Of a stretch of DNA of 64,000 nucleotides, positions 11,355-20,613 are shown piece by piece. This DNA comes from Candidatus Atelocyanobacterium thalassae (GTDB lineage: Bacteria; Cyanobacteriota; Cyanobacteriia; Cyanobacteriales; Microcystaceae): NCBI GenBank assembly GCA_051971635.1, contig JBFPLN010000004.1, forward strand, positions 32,001 to 96,000, given 5' to 3'. Position 1 is the first letter of the stretch, and the number at the start of each line of letters is the position of its first letter. Made by a program: the position numbers and the translations under genes. Under the pieces are notes generated by a model. That model was not told the DNA's origin. It saw only the letters and a program-made list of their open reading frames with translations, and searched no databases.

Positions 11355-11526
11355 AGTGCAAGAGTCTCGACTCTCTTTATATTTATAGCTTCTATTAAAT
11401 CAATTAAGTTTGAATAAGAACATTCATGATAGAGATATTTTATTTATTCAAAATCTATAGTTTGTTATCTTCAAAATAGATAATTAAAATATTCATACTA
11501 AATTCATGTAGTATTCAAAATTTGCT

Positions 11527-12609
11527 TTACTTGGTCAGTTTAACTGCAAGATCAATAGCTTCTTTTAAGCTAGTTATTTTAGCAATACCTTGCCCGGCAA
11601 TATCAAAAGCAGTCCCATGATCAGGTGAAGTGCGAGCAAAAGGTAATCCGATAGTATTATTAACAGCTTGTTCAAAAGCCATTAACTTTACAGGTATTAA
11701 TCCTTGATCATGATATAGGGATAAATAAGCATCTGCTAATTCATTGGGATTTTGAGTATGAATAAAGTTTTTAGTTTTTTCTAAGTCTAATAAATTTCCA
11801 AACCAAGCTTGCATAGGTTTTACCCACATAGTATCAGGAGGAACTAAACCAACTAGTTTAACATTGGGATATTTTTTTCTCTCCCTTACTAGCCAAGGTA
11901 ATAACCAATCTTTTTCTTCTGTCCCTAATTGTCCGTTTTCTCCACTATGAGGATTTAATCCTCCAATGACAATTTTTGGATTTTTAATAGAAGAATTATT
12001 ATTAAGATAATTAATTAATAAATTTAATTTCATGGACATGAGCTTAGGGGTTAAAGTTTCTGCAACTTTACTCAAAGGAATATGGGTAGTAGCCAATAGC
12101 GTCCTCATTATCCATCCAGTATAGGGAGACTTAGCTACAAATAGCATTCCAAATTGATCAACTTTTGTTTTTTTTGCTAAAACTTCAGTTTGGCCAGGGT
12201 AGTTAAATCCAGCTATTTTCCAGGCTAGTTTTGAAATAGGAGCTGTAATAATTCCTTGAAAATTTCCTCTAAGGGTTTCAATAATTGCTCTATTTAGATA
12301 TTCGAAACTAGCTTTTCCGCTAGCTGCATTAGCGCAACCTAAAATAATTTGAGACTGAATTATAGGATCCATTGGGACATCGATTATCGAGAATGTCTCA
12401 GGATTTGCTAATTTTTCTCTTTCTATTGGTAGCTGTTGATAGCTCTTCAATAATATCGATTTTGTTCCAATAACAGTTAGCTCACAAGATTGGGTAATCA
12501 AAGGATCTGCTAGTACTTTAAGAATAATTTCTGGTCCAATACCAGCTGGATCTCCAAGTGTTAAAGCTAATTTTGGACGTTGGTTAAAAAAAAGGTTAGC
12601 AGATTGCAT
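11527..12609 (-). CDS. pdxA: 4-hydroxythreonine-4-phosphate dehydrogenase PdxA
   Basis: [60 protein letters not shown]. Confidence 0.97.
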   Translation of the reverse strand: MQSANLFFNQRPKLALTLGDPAGIGPEIILKVLADPLITQSCELTVIGTKSILLKSYQQLPIEREKLANPETFSIIDVPMDPIIQSQIILGCANAASGKASFEYLNRAIIETLRGNFQGIITAPISKLAWKIAGFNYPGQTEVLAKKTKVDQFGMLFVAKSPYTGWIMRTLLATTHIPLSKVAETLTPKLMSMKLNLLINYLNNNSSIKNPKIVIGGLNPHSGENGQLGTEEKDWLLPWLVRERKKYPNVKLVGLVPPDTMWVKPMQAWFGNLLDLEKTKNFIHTQNPNELADAYLSLYHDQGLIPVKLMAFEQAVNNTIGLPFARTSPDHGTAFDIAGQGIAKITSLKEAIDLAVKLTK

Positions 12610-12765
12610 CTTGTTATTTTGCCTTCATGTTTTACAATACGTATTGACGAATTAATTCTGCTTAAAATTAATAAGCCTATTTATATCGTATATTAGGTAA
12701 TCTTAAATATGAGCTAAACTCGTCAATAAATTTGCACGTCTGTTCCTTCTACTAGGAGAATATTT

Positions 12766-12879
12766 ATGACAGCTGAAAGTATGATGTTTAACGGCCCAGC
12801 TTTAATAGCAGTTCTAGTTCTCTTTGGCCTAGCTTGGGGATTTGTTATACTCAAGATCCAGGGAGGAGAAGCTGAATAG
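12766..12879 (+). CDS. petM: Cytochrome b6f subunit PetM (missed by the ORF track)
   Basis: Hand translation [37 protein letters not shown] matches the PetM pattern (GLAWGF..LKIQG). AGGAG ribosome-binding site upstream. Confidence 0.93.
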   Translation: MTAESMMFNGPALIAVLVLFGLAWGFVILKIQGGEAE

Positions 12880-12887
12880 CTTACAGT

Positions 12888-12932
12888 AATGAGGAGGAAG
12901 TATAGCTGAGTAAGCTATATTAGCTCCTCATT
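12888..12932 (+). terminator. Stem-loop after petM
   Basis: AATGAGGAG...TATAGCT-loop-AGCTATA...CTCCTCATT, starting 9 nt after the stop codon. Confidence 0.7.
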
Positions 12933-13232
12933 GAAATTGTATGACTAATTTTACTATTTAAATATTTTAAGGCTTATTGTTAAACATTTTCAACATATAT
13001 AACTACAATGCCTAAGTTTAAATATTAAGTAAGCTAAAAAATTATAATATTTCTAAGCTTACTTGTGTTAAAAAAATAATTAGACTTGATGATTATTGCT
13101 TATATACTTTCATATTTTAAACAGTAATATTTAAATTGTTCCTTATCAAAAGTAAGTATTATTTTCGCATTTTTTCTCGTTAAAGATAGATATCTTGGGT
13201 TTTCAAAATTCTTTTTGTACAAGACTAAAGGG

Positions 13233-13661
13233 CTATAAATATTGACTTTCTTCATGTGTGCGAGGGCAAGTTTCTAAATCCTCAGTAAGAGAATTTATAG
13301 AATTTAATCCAATCCATTTATCAATAGCATCTTGTTCAAAACCTACTTTATAAACCTGATCAACTTGAATTAAGGGACGACGAATTAATAAAGGATCAGT
13401 TATCATAAGCTCTAAGATATCTTTCTCAGCAGTATTAATAAAATTTCGAGGAACAATTTCACCTGATTTAATTCTTGGTGCACTATAGTTGAACCATAAT
13501 GTCTTAGGGAGATCTCTAAAAAACAGATTTAGCTTATCTATTGTCCAAGGTTCAGTCAAGATATTTCTAATATCTAACTTGTGACCTGCTGCAATAAGTA
13601 AACTTTTTTGTTTTGTATTATTACGACATCCTGGTTTTTCATAAAATATAACTTTAGCCAT
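13233..13661 (-). CDS. Nitrogenase-associated ArsC-family protein (NifO-like)
   Basis: FYEKPGC.NNTKQK, WFN.SAPRIKSGE, DPLLIRRPL, C-terminal DLETCP; sits at the edge of the nif cluster. Confidence 0.88.
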   Translation of the reverse strand: MAKVIFYEKPGCRNNTKQKSLLIAAGHKLDIRNILTEPWTIDKLNLFFRDLPKTLWFNYSAPRIKSGEIVPRNFINTAEKDILELMITDPLLIRRPLIQVDQVYKVGFEQDAIDKWIGLNSINSLTEDLETCPRTHEESQYL

Positions 13662-14061
13662 AAAATAATACAGTATACTTTAGTGAATTTCCAAATAGCT
13701 TCTATATATTAAGACTTTCACTTAATAACATTCCGAATTAGTTAAAGAAAGCCTTTAAAATATCTTTAGCACTCTAATTTCTAAATTGTACCATAACCTT
13801 TAAAGCTTAAACTATATAAAAAACAATACTAAGAATCTGACAAAAATATTTTATTTTTTGGCTACGCTTATGCCTATTATAGTCAAGAATTTTCTGCAGT
13901 GTAATCTAATTTTTCCAACTTCTTTTCTTTCTAGATTTTACATTTGGATCAAAATGAATAACTCACTTTAAAACTGTAGCCAAACCTCATCAAAATCTTT
14001 TAGTTAATACTTTCTTTATTGAGAAGATTATTCAATAAAATTTATCTAAAATCAATGATTA

Positions 14062-14136
14062 TATTATTAATTATTTACAAGACTACAGGAGCTTAAATTA
14101 GTTAAGCTCCTGTAGTCTTGTAAATAATTAATAATA
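14062..14136. terminator. Perfect 35-bp-arm inverted repeat downstream of nifT
   Basis: TATTATTAATTATTTACAAGACTACAGGAGCTTAA, loop ATTAG, then the exact reverse complement. Confidence 0.85.
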
Positions 14137-14166
14137 ATATCTAACAGAAGATAAAATCTAACTATT

Positions 14167-14373
14167 TTATTCATCTGGTAGGCGTTTTGCATCAAAGGTT
14201 TGAGGCAAATGTGTTTCATCATTGAGGTTTTCAATTTGCAGTCTCCAACCATTTTCTAGGGTCAAAATTTTCCCACTCCCTTCAACACTTTGTGAGACAA
14301 CACCCTCTTCTAAGTCTTTTTTGGGTACATAGATAGAAAACTTCCCACCATCACTGCGTAAAATGACCTTCAT
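14167..14373 (-). CDS. nifT: NifT/FixU
   Basis: YVPKKDLEE..V, LTLENGWRL, LPQT; GGAG RBS upstream. Confidence 0.95.
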   Translation of the reverse strand: MKVILRSDGGKFSIYVPKKDLEEGVVSQSVEGSGKILTLENGWRLQIENLNDETHLPQTFDAKRLPDE

Positions 14374-14463
14374 AAAACTACTCCAATTAGATAAATAATC
14401 AATATTTCGTGGCTAAGAAATTAGCTATTCATCAAAACTACTGTAAAAGTAATTCTGTAGAAA

Positions 14464-14775
14464 TTAATTTTCTTCATTTTCTTCGTCATCAGTATCATCG
14501 AAGAAAGTATCTTCAGCAGCGACTAGCTCATTATATCGGCAGCCTACAACATAACCACTTTCTAAGAAATGAACAGCATAGATGTAATAGCTTTGAAGAT
14601 AAGTACCAATACTAACAATATATCCCGTATCCCCTTTTTTAGCCAGACTTTCTCCTACTTCCTTACCAGGAAAAGTTCCGTCATTGCGAATCATTTTTCG
14701 AAGACGAACTTTTTGTTCTATTTCAAAAACTGGAGGATCGTTAAGTTCGATTTCACCTGGATTATACAATCCCAT
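14464..14775 (-). CDS. nifZ: NifZ
   Basis: IRNDGTFPGKEVGE.L..KGD.GY...IGTYLQ...IYAVHF....VVGCR. Overlaps the nifV stop by 14 bp. Confidence 0.97.
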   Translation of the reverse strand: MGLYNPGEIELNDPPVFEIEQKVRLRKMIRNDGTFPGKEVGESLAKKGDTGYIVSIGTYLQSYYIYAVHFLESGYVVGCRYNELVAAEDTFFDDTDDEENEEN

Positions 14776-15895
14776 GAGATATTCTCCTATTTGTTACTAA
14801 ATCAAGCAGTTCTTCAGTTGTTAGATTTCGTTTCATTTGAACAGATAAATGACGAACAGAATCTAATATTTTTTGGGACTCTTCGTAATCTAGATTAATA
14901 CCATGTTGGCCTAATAAGTTTATCAGCAAACTTCGCCCTGAATGTTTACCAACAACTAATCGGCGTTCCCAACCTATTTCTTCTGGAGCAAAAGGTTCAT
15001 ATGTCTGGGGATTTCTCAAAACTCCATGAACATGAATACCTGACTCATGAGCAAATACATTATCTCCAACAATCGCTTTCCAAGGTGGAAGTTTCATGCC
15101 AGAGGCTTGAATAACTAATTGAGATAATTCCCGTAAACGAAAAGTGTTTATTGGTAAATTAATTTTGTATAACTGTTTAAGAGCCATTACAATCTCTTCA
15201 AGGGCAGCATTTCCCGCTCGTTCTCCTAATCCGTTAACTGTAGTATTTACAGAAGTTGCCCCTGCTTCTAAGCCTGCCAAAGCATTAGCAGTAGCTAAGC
15301 CAAAGTCATTATGGGTGTGCATTTCAACAGGAATAACAAGATTTTTAACTAATTTTTTTACTTTTTGGGCAGTAGTTAAAGGATTAAGAATACCTACAGT
15401 ATCACAGAAACGAAATCGAGAAGCTCCTAGATCTTGAGCATATTGAGCAAATTCTATTAAGAATGATTCATCTGCACGCGAGGCATCTTCTGCACCAATG
15501 GAAACAAATAGTCCTTTGTCCAAAGCAAAATTAAGGCTACTCTTCAATTTTTCCCAAACAACTGTAGTTTTTCCTTTAAATTTTGCCTTAATTTGTATAT
15601 CAGATACAGGAACAGCTATATGAACTCTTTTTAAGCCACAAGCTATAGAAGCATTTATATCCGAAATTACTGCACGATTCCACCCGAGAAGAGCAGCTTT
15701 TAATCCACTATTAACAATTTCAGTAATAGCTTCAGCTTCACTACCTCCCATTGCAGGAATTCCAACTTCTAATTCAGGAATGCCAATAATATCCATAAAA
15801 GATGCAATCGCAACCTTTTCAGCAACATTAAAAACCACTCCTGCTGCTTGTTCACCATCTCTTAAAGTTGTATCATTGATGTAGATATTACTCAT
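14762..15895 (-). CDS. nifV: Homocitrate synthase NifV
   Basis: DTTLRDGEQAAG, FCDTVG, HTHNDFG, GLGERAGNA, HESGIH, GKHSG; nif context. Start set to the ATG of MSNIYIND. Confidence 0.96.
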   Translation of the reverse strand: MSNIYINDTTLRDGEQAAGVVFNVAEKVAIASFMDIIGIPELEVGIPAMGGSEAEAITEIVNSGLKAALLGWNRAVISDINASIACGLKRVHIAVPVSDIQIKAKFKGKTTVVWEKLKSSLNFALDKGLFVSIGAEDASRADESFLIEFAQYAQDLGASRFRFCDTVGILNPLTTAQKVKKLVKNLVIPVEMHTHNDFGLATANALAGLEAGATSVNTTVNGLGERAGNAALEEIVMALKQLYKINLPINTFRLRELSQLVIQASGMKLPPWKAIVGDNVFAHESGIHVHGVLRNPQTYEPFAPEEIGWERRLVVGKHSGRSLLINLLGQHGINLDYEESQKILDSVRHLSVQMKRNLTTEELLDLVTNRRISHGIV

Positions 15896-15940
15896 GCATT
15901 TAATATTCAAGATCTTTAGACGAATCGTTTATTAGGGTAA

Positions 15941-16171
15941 TTAAAGACAAACTTGAGCATCTAACCAATCCCAAATAAGTTGTAGCTGATTAGATGAAAT
16001 AAAACCGTATTGCCACAAAAGCATAGGGATTGGATCGTTCGGCTGACGCTGGTTATTAAAGACAACAGATAAATCTTTTGAAGAAATAGCAATTTCCTGT
16101 TGCAGGAATTGTCTAAATTTTGAAGACATTAATTGTTTTTGCATAACAATACTAAAAGTTAAGTTATTCAT
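15941..16171 (-). CDS. DUF2949 family protein (nif-associated)
   Basis: FLQQEIAIS...PMLLWQYG....QL..IWDWL. Exact start is uncertain. Confidence 0.85.
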   Translation of the reverse strand: MNNLTFSIVMQKQLMSSKFRQFLQQEIAISSKDLSVVFNNQRQPNDPIPMLLWQYGFISSNQLQLIWDWLDAQVCL

Positions 16172-16986
16172 ATTTTTACAGCAACTAGAAAAGAAGCAAA
16201 GAGACTTAAGATTAAAATAATAAATCAGCTATTAAGAGTAAGATTTTTTCGATCAGTGAGCTTCTTCCGGCTATGAAAAATAATTAAATCCTAAAAACTA
16301 GGATATTATTATTTTTTCAAGTTGACTAGTTTTTAAGATAGCTAGATAAAAAAACAGTAATTATTAATTCCTACTATATTCGATTTGAAGAAAGCTTACT
16401 CAATATATAAACTATAAAGTAAAAATAGTGCTTTACGTTAATACCAATTTATAAGAAGACATTTTTATAAATATGAGGTACTTATAAGGGACTATCAGCT
16501 ATCAATAAAATAAACTTAGTGAATTGTGATAATGACCGTAACAGTAACCGCTAGCTGTTCGATGCAAATATTAAAATAACTAAACGAAAGCTTCAAATCT
16601 TAAAAGCTCTTGCTCAATTATAAAGGAAAAGCCATGATGTTTTTTGTATCTTATGTGTCTTTTTTCCTCATTTCTTAAATCCGAATTTAACGAAATTTTA
16701 ATGATTTAAATTTTCAAACTAACGCTTAAATCGATAAAAATAGCTCAGACTGCAAATTTTATACAAAAAGTATTTTCATAGAAATTTGTTTCAAGTATCT
16801 TAATTACTGCCTTTGTGTTAACTCAGCTGATGAGAAAAGATAATAAGTCAACTTTATTTGAATACGTATTGACACTTACAAAGCTTTATAAATAACTAGT
16901 TTTATATTGTTAAATCAAAAAATATTCAATAAGTTAATATTTTTATAGCTATATTTTCAAATAATTAGATTTCATAAATTGAATTT

Positions 16987-17179
16987 TGAGTAGAAAATTA
17001 TAAAATTTATTTACAAAGGCAATATTGAGTACTGCAAGAGTTAAGTGATGAGTATAAAAATACATGAATCTATGAGCAAAAATACTCAAGCTATCTTTAA
17101 AAAATACATGAACCTCATTCTTTACAAAAAAAAAGAGCTTTTCAAATCCTTGTATAGCAAGAGCTTGAAAAAATGAGTG
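16987..17179 (+). promoter_or_regulatory. Cluster of TGAGTA-type motifs upstream of nifB (probable CnfR/PatB-responsive promoter)
   Basis: TGAGTA at 16987, 17026 and 17049; TGAGCA-N4-TACTCA at 17073-17088; TGAGTG at 17174. Similar motifs are known upstream of cyanobacterial nifB. Confidence 0.65.
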
Positions 17180-17390
17180 CATCTTAAGTAACATAATGAA
17201 TTTGGATTTCCGCAAGGTGACATGGCACGTAATTAGCGAATGATATAAATGTTTATAACGCCAAAAACATAAAGTTCGTAATCTAACTGTTGTTAACTAT
17301 TTAGTTCGTAAAAGTTTTAGATAGTTTTTCCTCGAAAACTTCTTTTACTATCTCCTACTTCCTTGTCACCCTTTAACTCCACGGAATTAA

Positions 17391-18854
17391 ATGCTACAAA
17401 CTACTGGTTTGACTAATAATAACGCACCTATAGCCAACAAAACGAATTCTACAGAAACGTTATCAGCTCCTAAAGCCAAGGGTGCCTGCCCTTCAACGGG
17501 AGATAAGCCACAACTAGATCCCAGCATCCAAGAACGTATCGCTAAACATCCGTGCTACAGCGAGGATGCTCATCACCATTATGCGAGGATGCATGTTGCT
17601 GTTGCTCCCGCCTGCAACATTCAATGTAATTATTGCAATCGTAAATATGATTGTGCTAACGAAAGCCGTCCTGGTGTCGTTAGTGAAGTTCTTACTCCAG
17701 AGGAAGCAGCTCATAAAGCTTTAGTCATTGGAGGTAAGATACCCCAGATGACAGTATTAGGAATCGCTGGACCTGGAGATCCATTAGCTAACCCTAAGCA
17801 AACGTTTCGTACTTTTGAGCTAGTTGCAGATAAGGCGCCAGATATCAAGCTTTGCTTATCTAGTAATGGTTTAATGCTCCCCGAATATATAGATCGGATT
17901 AAGGAGCTAAATATTGATCATGTCACATTAACGATAAACATGGTTGATCCCGAAATTGGAGCCAAAATTTATCCTTGGGTTCGCTATAATCGTAAGCGCT
18001 ACAAGGGAATAGAGGGTGTCAAAATACTTCATGAGAAGCAAATGGAATCTCTTGATGCACTTAGAGAAGCAGATATTCTCTGTAAGGTTAATTCAGTAAT
18101 GATACCAGGCATCAACGATGAACATCTTGTAGAAGTAAACAAGGTTATACAGTCGAAAGGGGCATTTCTTCATAACATAATGCCTTTAATCTCAGCTCCT
18201 GAGCATGGTACTCATTTTGGTTTAACCGGCCAGAGAGGCCCTACTCCGAAAGAGTTGAAAACCCTTCAAGATAAGTGCTCAGGCAATATGAAAATGATGC
18301 GCCATTGTCGTCAATGCCGTGCTGATGCTGTGGGATTACTTGGAGAAGATCGGTCTCAAGAATTTACTAAAGATAAGTTTCTAGAAATGAAGCCTGAGTA
18401 CGATCTAAAGCAAAGGCAAGATGTTCATGAAAATATTGAGAAATTCACAGCCGAAGTGAATATAGCAAAAGCGGAGCAAAATACCCAAGACAAAGCAGAC
18501 ACACCTACGATTTTAGTAGCGGTGGCGACAAAAGGTAACCGTTTAGTTAATCAGCACTTTGGTCATGCTACAGAATTTCAAATCTTTGAGGTGAATGGTA
18601 CTGATGTAAAATTTGTTGCTCATCGTAAGGTTGATCACTACTGTCAATCTGGCTACGGTGAAGAAACAAGTTTGGATAGCATAATTAAGTCCATTTCTGA
18701 CTGTAAAGGAGTTCTGGCTTCTAAGATTGGTCTTTGCCCTCAAGAAGCGCTTCGCAAAGCTGGATTAGAGCCTTATGAAGCATATGACATTATCGACAAT
18801 GTCGCTATTAGTTTTTACAAAGAGTATATGCAAAAGCAAACTATAGGAGCTTAA
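17391..18854 (+). CDS. nifB: FeMo-cofactor biosynthesis radical SAM protein NifB
   Basis: [42 protein letters not shown]-terminal NifX-like domain (VNQHFGHA). Confidence 0.99.
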   Translation: MLQTTGLTNNNAPIANKTNSTETLSAPKAKGACPSTGDKPQLDPSIQERIAKHPCYSEDAHHHYARMHVAVAPACNIQCNYCNRKYDCANESRPGVVSEVLTPEEAAHKALVIGGKIPQMTVLGIAGPGDPLANPKQTFRTFELVADKAPDIKLCLSSNGLMLPEYIDRIKELNIDHVTLTINMVDPEIGAKIYPWVRYNRKRYKGIEGVKILHEKQMESLDALREADILCKVNSVMIPGINDEHLVEVNKVIQSKGAFLHNIMPLISAPEHGTHFGLTGQRGPTPKELKTLQDKCSGNMKMMRHCRQCRADAVGLLGEDRSQEFTKDKFLEMKPEYDLKQRQDVHENIEKFTAEVNIAKAEQNTQDKADTPTILVAVATKGNRLVNQHFGHATEFQIFEVNGTDVKFVAHRKVDHYCQSGYGEETSLDSIIKSISDCKGVLASKIGLCPQEALRKAGLEPYEAYDIIDNVAISFYKEYMQKQTIGA

Positions 18855-18857
18855 AAC

Positions 18858-19200
18858 ATGAGCAGCGTCTTAGATTATTGCCTTAAGTTGAGTTACTTAA
18901 TATCTGCTAAGTCCTCTTCTGATACGTCATCGACTCAAATAGATAGCAATTGTAGGAATTGTATTAATAATTATTCTATTCCACCATGCACTGGCTTCTC
19001 TAAGGACTACAACTGCTCTTCTCCTGCTTTAAATACTTAATACTAAACGATGGCTTTAAATTATGTTCGTAAGTACACTTATCACCGATACAGCGTAGTA
19101 ACAGCAGCCTTCTTCAGGTAGAAAAACACCATCTATCTAGTAAGCGACTTACTTTTCAGCAATTTCTGGAATAATTGCAAAATCTCTCGAAAGTCTAGCA
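18858..19200 (+). pseudogene. fdxN: Degraded fdxN ferredoxin
   Basis: Occupies the nifB-nifS slot directly after a GGAG RBS. IDSNCRNCINNYSIPPC resembles the FdxN second cluster motif. First Cys motif is gone, early stop at 19040, and W-containing fragments follow (KRWL*, NFWNN). Confidence 0.7.
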
Positions 19201-19328
19201 AAATTAAATCCTTTTATTGTTAGATTTTTTGAGGGGTGATTGGTACAAGCGCTTTGGACATACACAGTAAAATTTTGTGTAATAGCATCAATAAATTTTG
19301 ATTTTGTTGGATATATGGTAAGCAAATA

Positions 19329-20531
19329 ATGAAAGACTGTATATATTTAGATAATAATGCAACCACTCAAATAGACAGTGAAGTACTCTCAGAGATGATG
19401 CCTTACTTAAATTTTTATTATGGTAATCCATCTAGCATGCATTCCTTTGGAGGCCAAGTTGGAAAAGCTGTTCGTACAGGAAGAGAGCAAGTAGCTTCCT
19501 TATTAGGTGCTGAACCATCTGAAATTATTTTTACAAGTTGCGGTACTGAAGGAGATAATGCAGCTATTAATGCTGCATTATCATCTCAGAAAAATAAGCG
19601 TCACATTATCACAACTGAAGTAGAGCATCCAGCGATACTGAGTCATTGCAAGCAACTCGAAAGACAAGGTTATCAAGTAACATATTTATCTGTAAATCAG
19701 CAAGGTCAACTTGATCTGGATGAACTTCAAGCCTCTCTGACTGGAAATACAGCATTAGTATCTATCATGTATGCTAATAATGAAACTGGTGTTATTTTTC
19801 CCATTGAGGAAATAGGCCAAATAGTCAAAGAGTATGGCGCTTTATTTCATGTAGATGCGGTACAGGCTGTAGGTAAAATACCTTTAAATATGAAAACAAG
19901 TACCATTGATATGTTAACCCTATCTGGTCATAAAATTCATGCTCCGAAAGGGATAGGCGCCTTATATGTTCGTAAAGGTGTCCGTTTCCGCCCTCTCATA
20001 ATTGGTGGACATCAAGAAAGAGGACGCCGAGGTGGAACGGAAAACGTATCTGGAATAGCTGCCTTAGGTAAAGCAGCAGAATTAGCACAATCAAACCTCT
20101 CCAGTACATATAAGGAGAGAGAGTTAAGAGATCATTTAGAAAATGCTATTTTAAACTTAATTCCTGATACTGTTGTTAATGGTGACAGAACCAAAAGATT
20201 GCCAAACACAACAAATATAGGCTTTAAATATATAGAAGGAGAAGCGATTCTTTTATCTATAAACAAATATGGAATTTGTGCCTCCTCCGGATCAGCATGT
20301 ACTTCAGGTTCATTGGAGCCTTCCCATGTATTGAGAGCTATGAAAGTACCTTACAGCGTTCTTCATGGTTCTATTCGCTTCAGTCTTTCACGATATACAA
20401 CTAAGAGTGAAATTGACCGAGTAATAGAAATTTTACCAGATACAATAGGTCGTCTTCGAGCTATATCGCCTTTTAGTAGCGACAACTCTACTTGGCTACA
20501 AGAAATGGAGAAAGAGGCTTTAGCCAGATAA
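19329..20531 (+). CDS. nifS: Cysteine desulfurase NifS
   Basis: YLDNNATT, GNPSSMH, HVDAVQ, LSGHK, SSGSACTSGSLEPSHVL. Confidence 0.99.
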   Translation: MKDCIYLDNNATTQIDSEVLSEMMPYLNFYYGNPSSMHSFGGQVGKAVRTGREQVASLLGAEPSEIIFTSCGTEGDNAAINAALSSQKNKRHIITTEVEHPAILSHCKQLERQGYQVTYLSVNQQGQLDLDELQASLTGNTALVSIMYANNETGVIFPIEEIGQIVKEYGALFHVDAVQAVGKIPLNMKTSTIDMLTLSGHKIHAPKGIGALYVRKGVRFRPLIIGGHQERGRRGGTENVSGIAALGKAAELAQSNLSSTYKERELRDHLENAILNLIPDTVVNGDRTKRLPNTTNIGFKYIEGEAILLSINKYGICASSGSACTSGSLEPSHVLRAMKVPYSVLHGSIRFSLSRYTTKSEIDRVIEILPDTIGRLRAISPFSSDNSTWLQEMEKEALAR

Positions 20532-20613
20532 TCAATAATTAAAGCATTGAAGGAAGCATCTTTTTTCCTTAAAGATAACTAACAACCAATATTCATATAT
20601 ATAGTAATCAATT

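Noticed and set aside
10377..11526. Restriction-modification or other defence system; also queE (55898) as a dpd DNA-modification gene
   Set aside because: No endonuclease or dpd/tgtA neighbours. Both genes sit among housekeeping genes.
14067..14252. 61-aa minus-strand ORF overlapping nifT and the hairpin
   Set aside because: Alternative frame running through the inverted repeat, with no coding signal.
16795..16807. GTA...TAC resembling an NtcA site
   Set aside because: Spacer is 7 nt rather than the required 8.
16949..17215. 88-aa minus-strand ORF upstream of nifB
   Set aside because: Phe/Lys-rich AT-drift composition, overlaps the putative promoter motifs and shows no NifP similarity.
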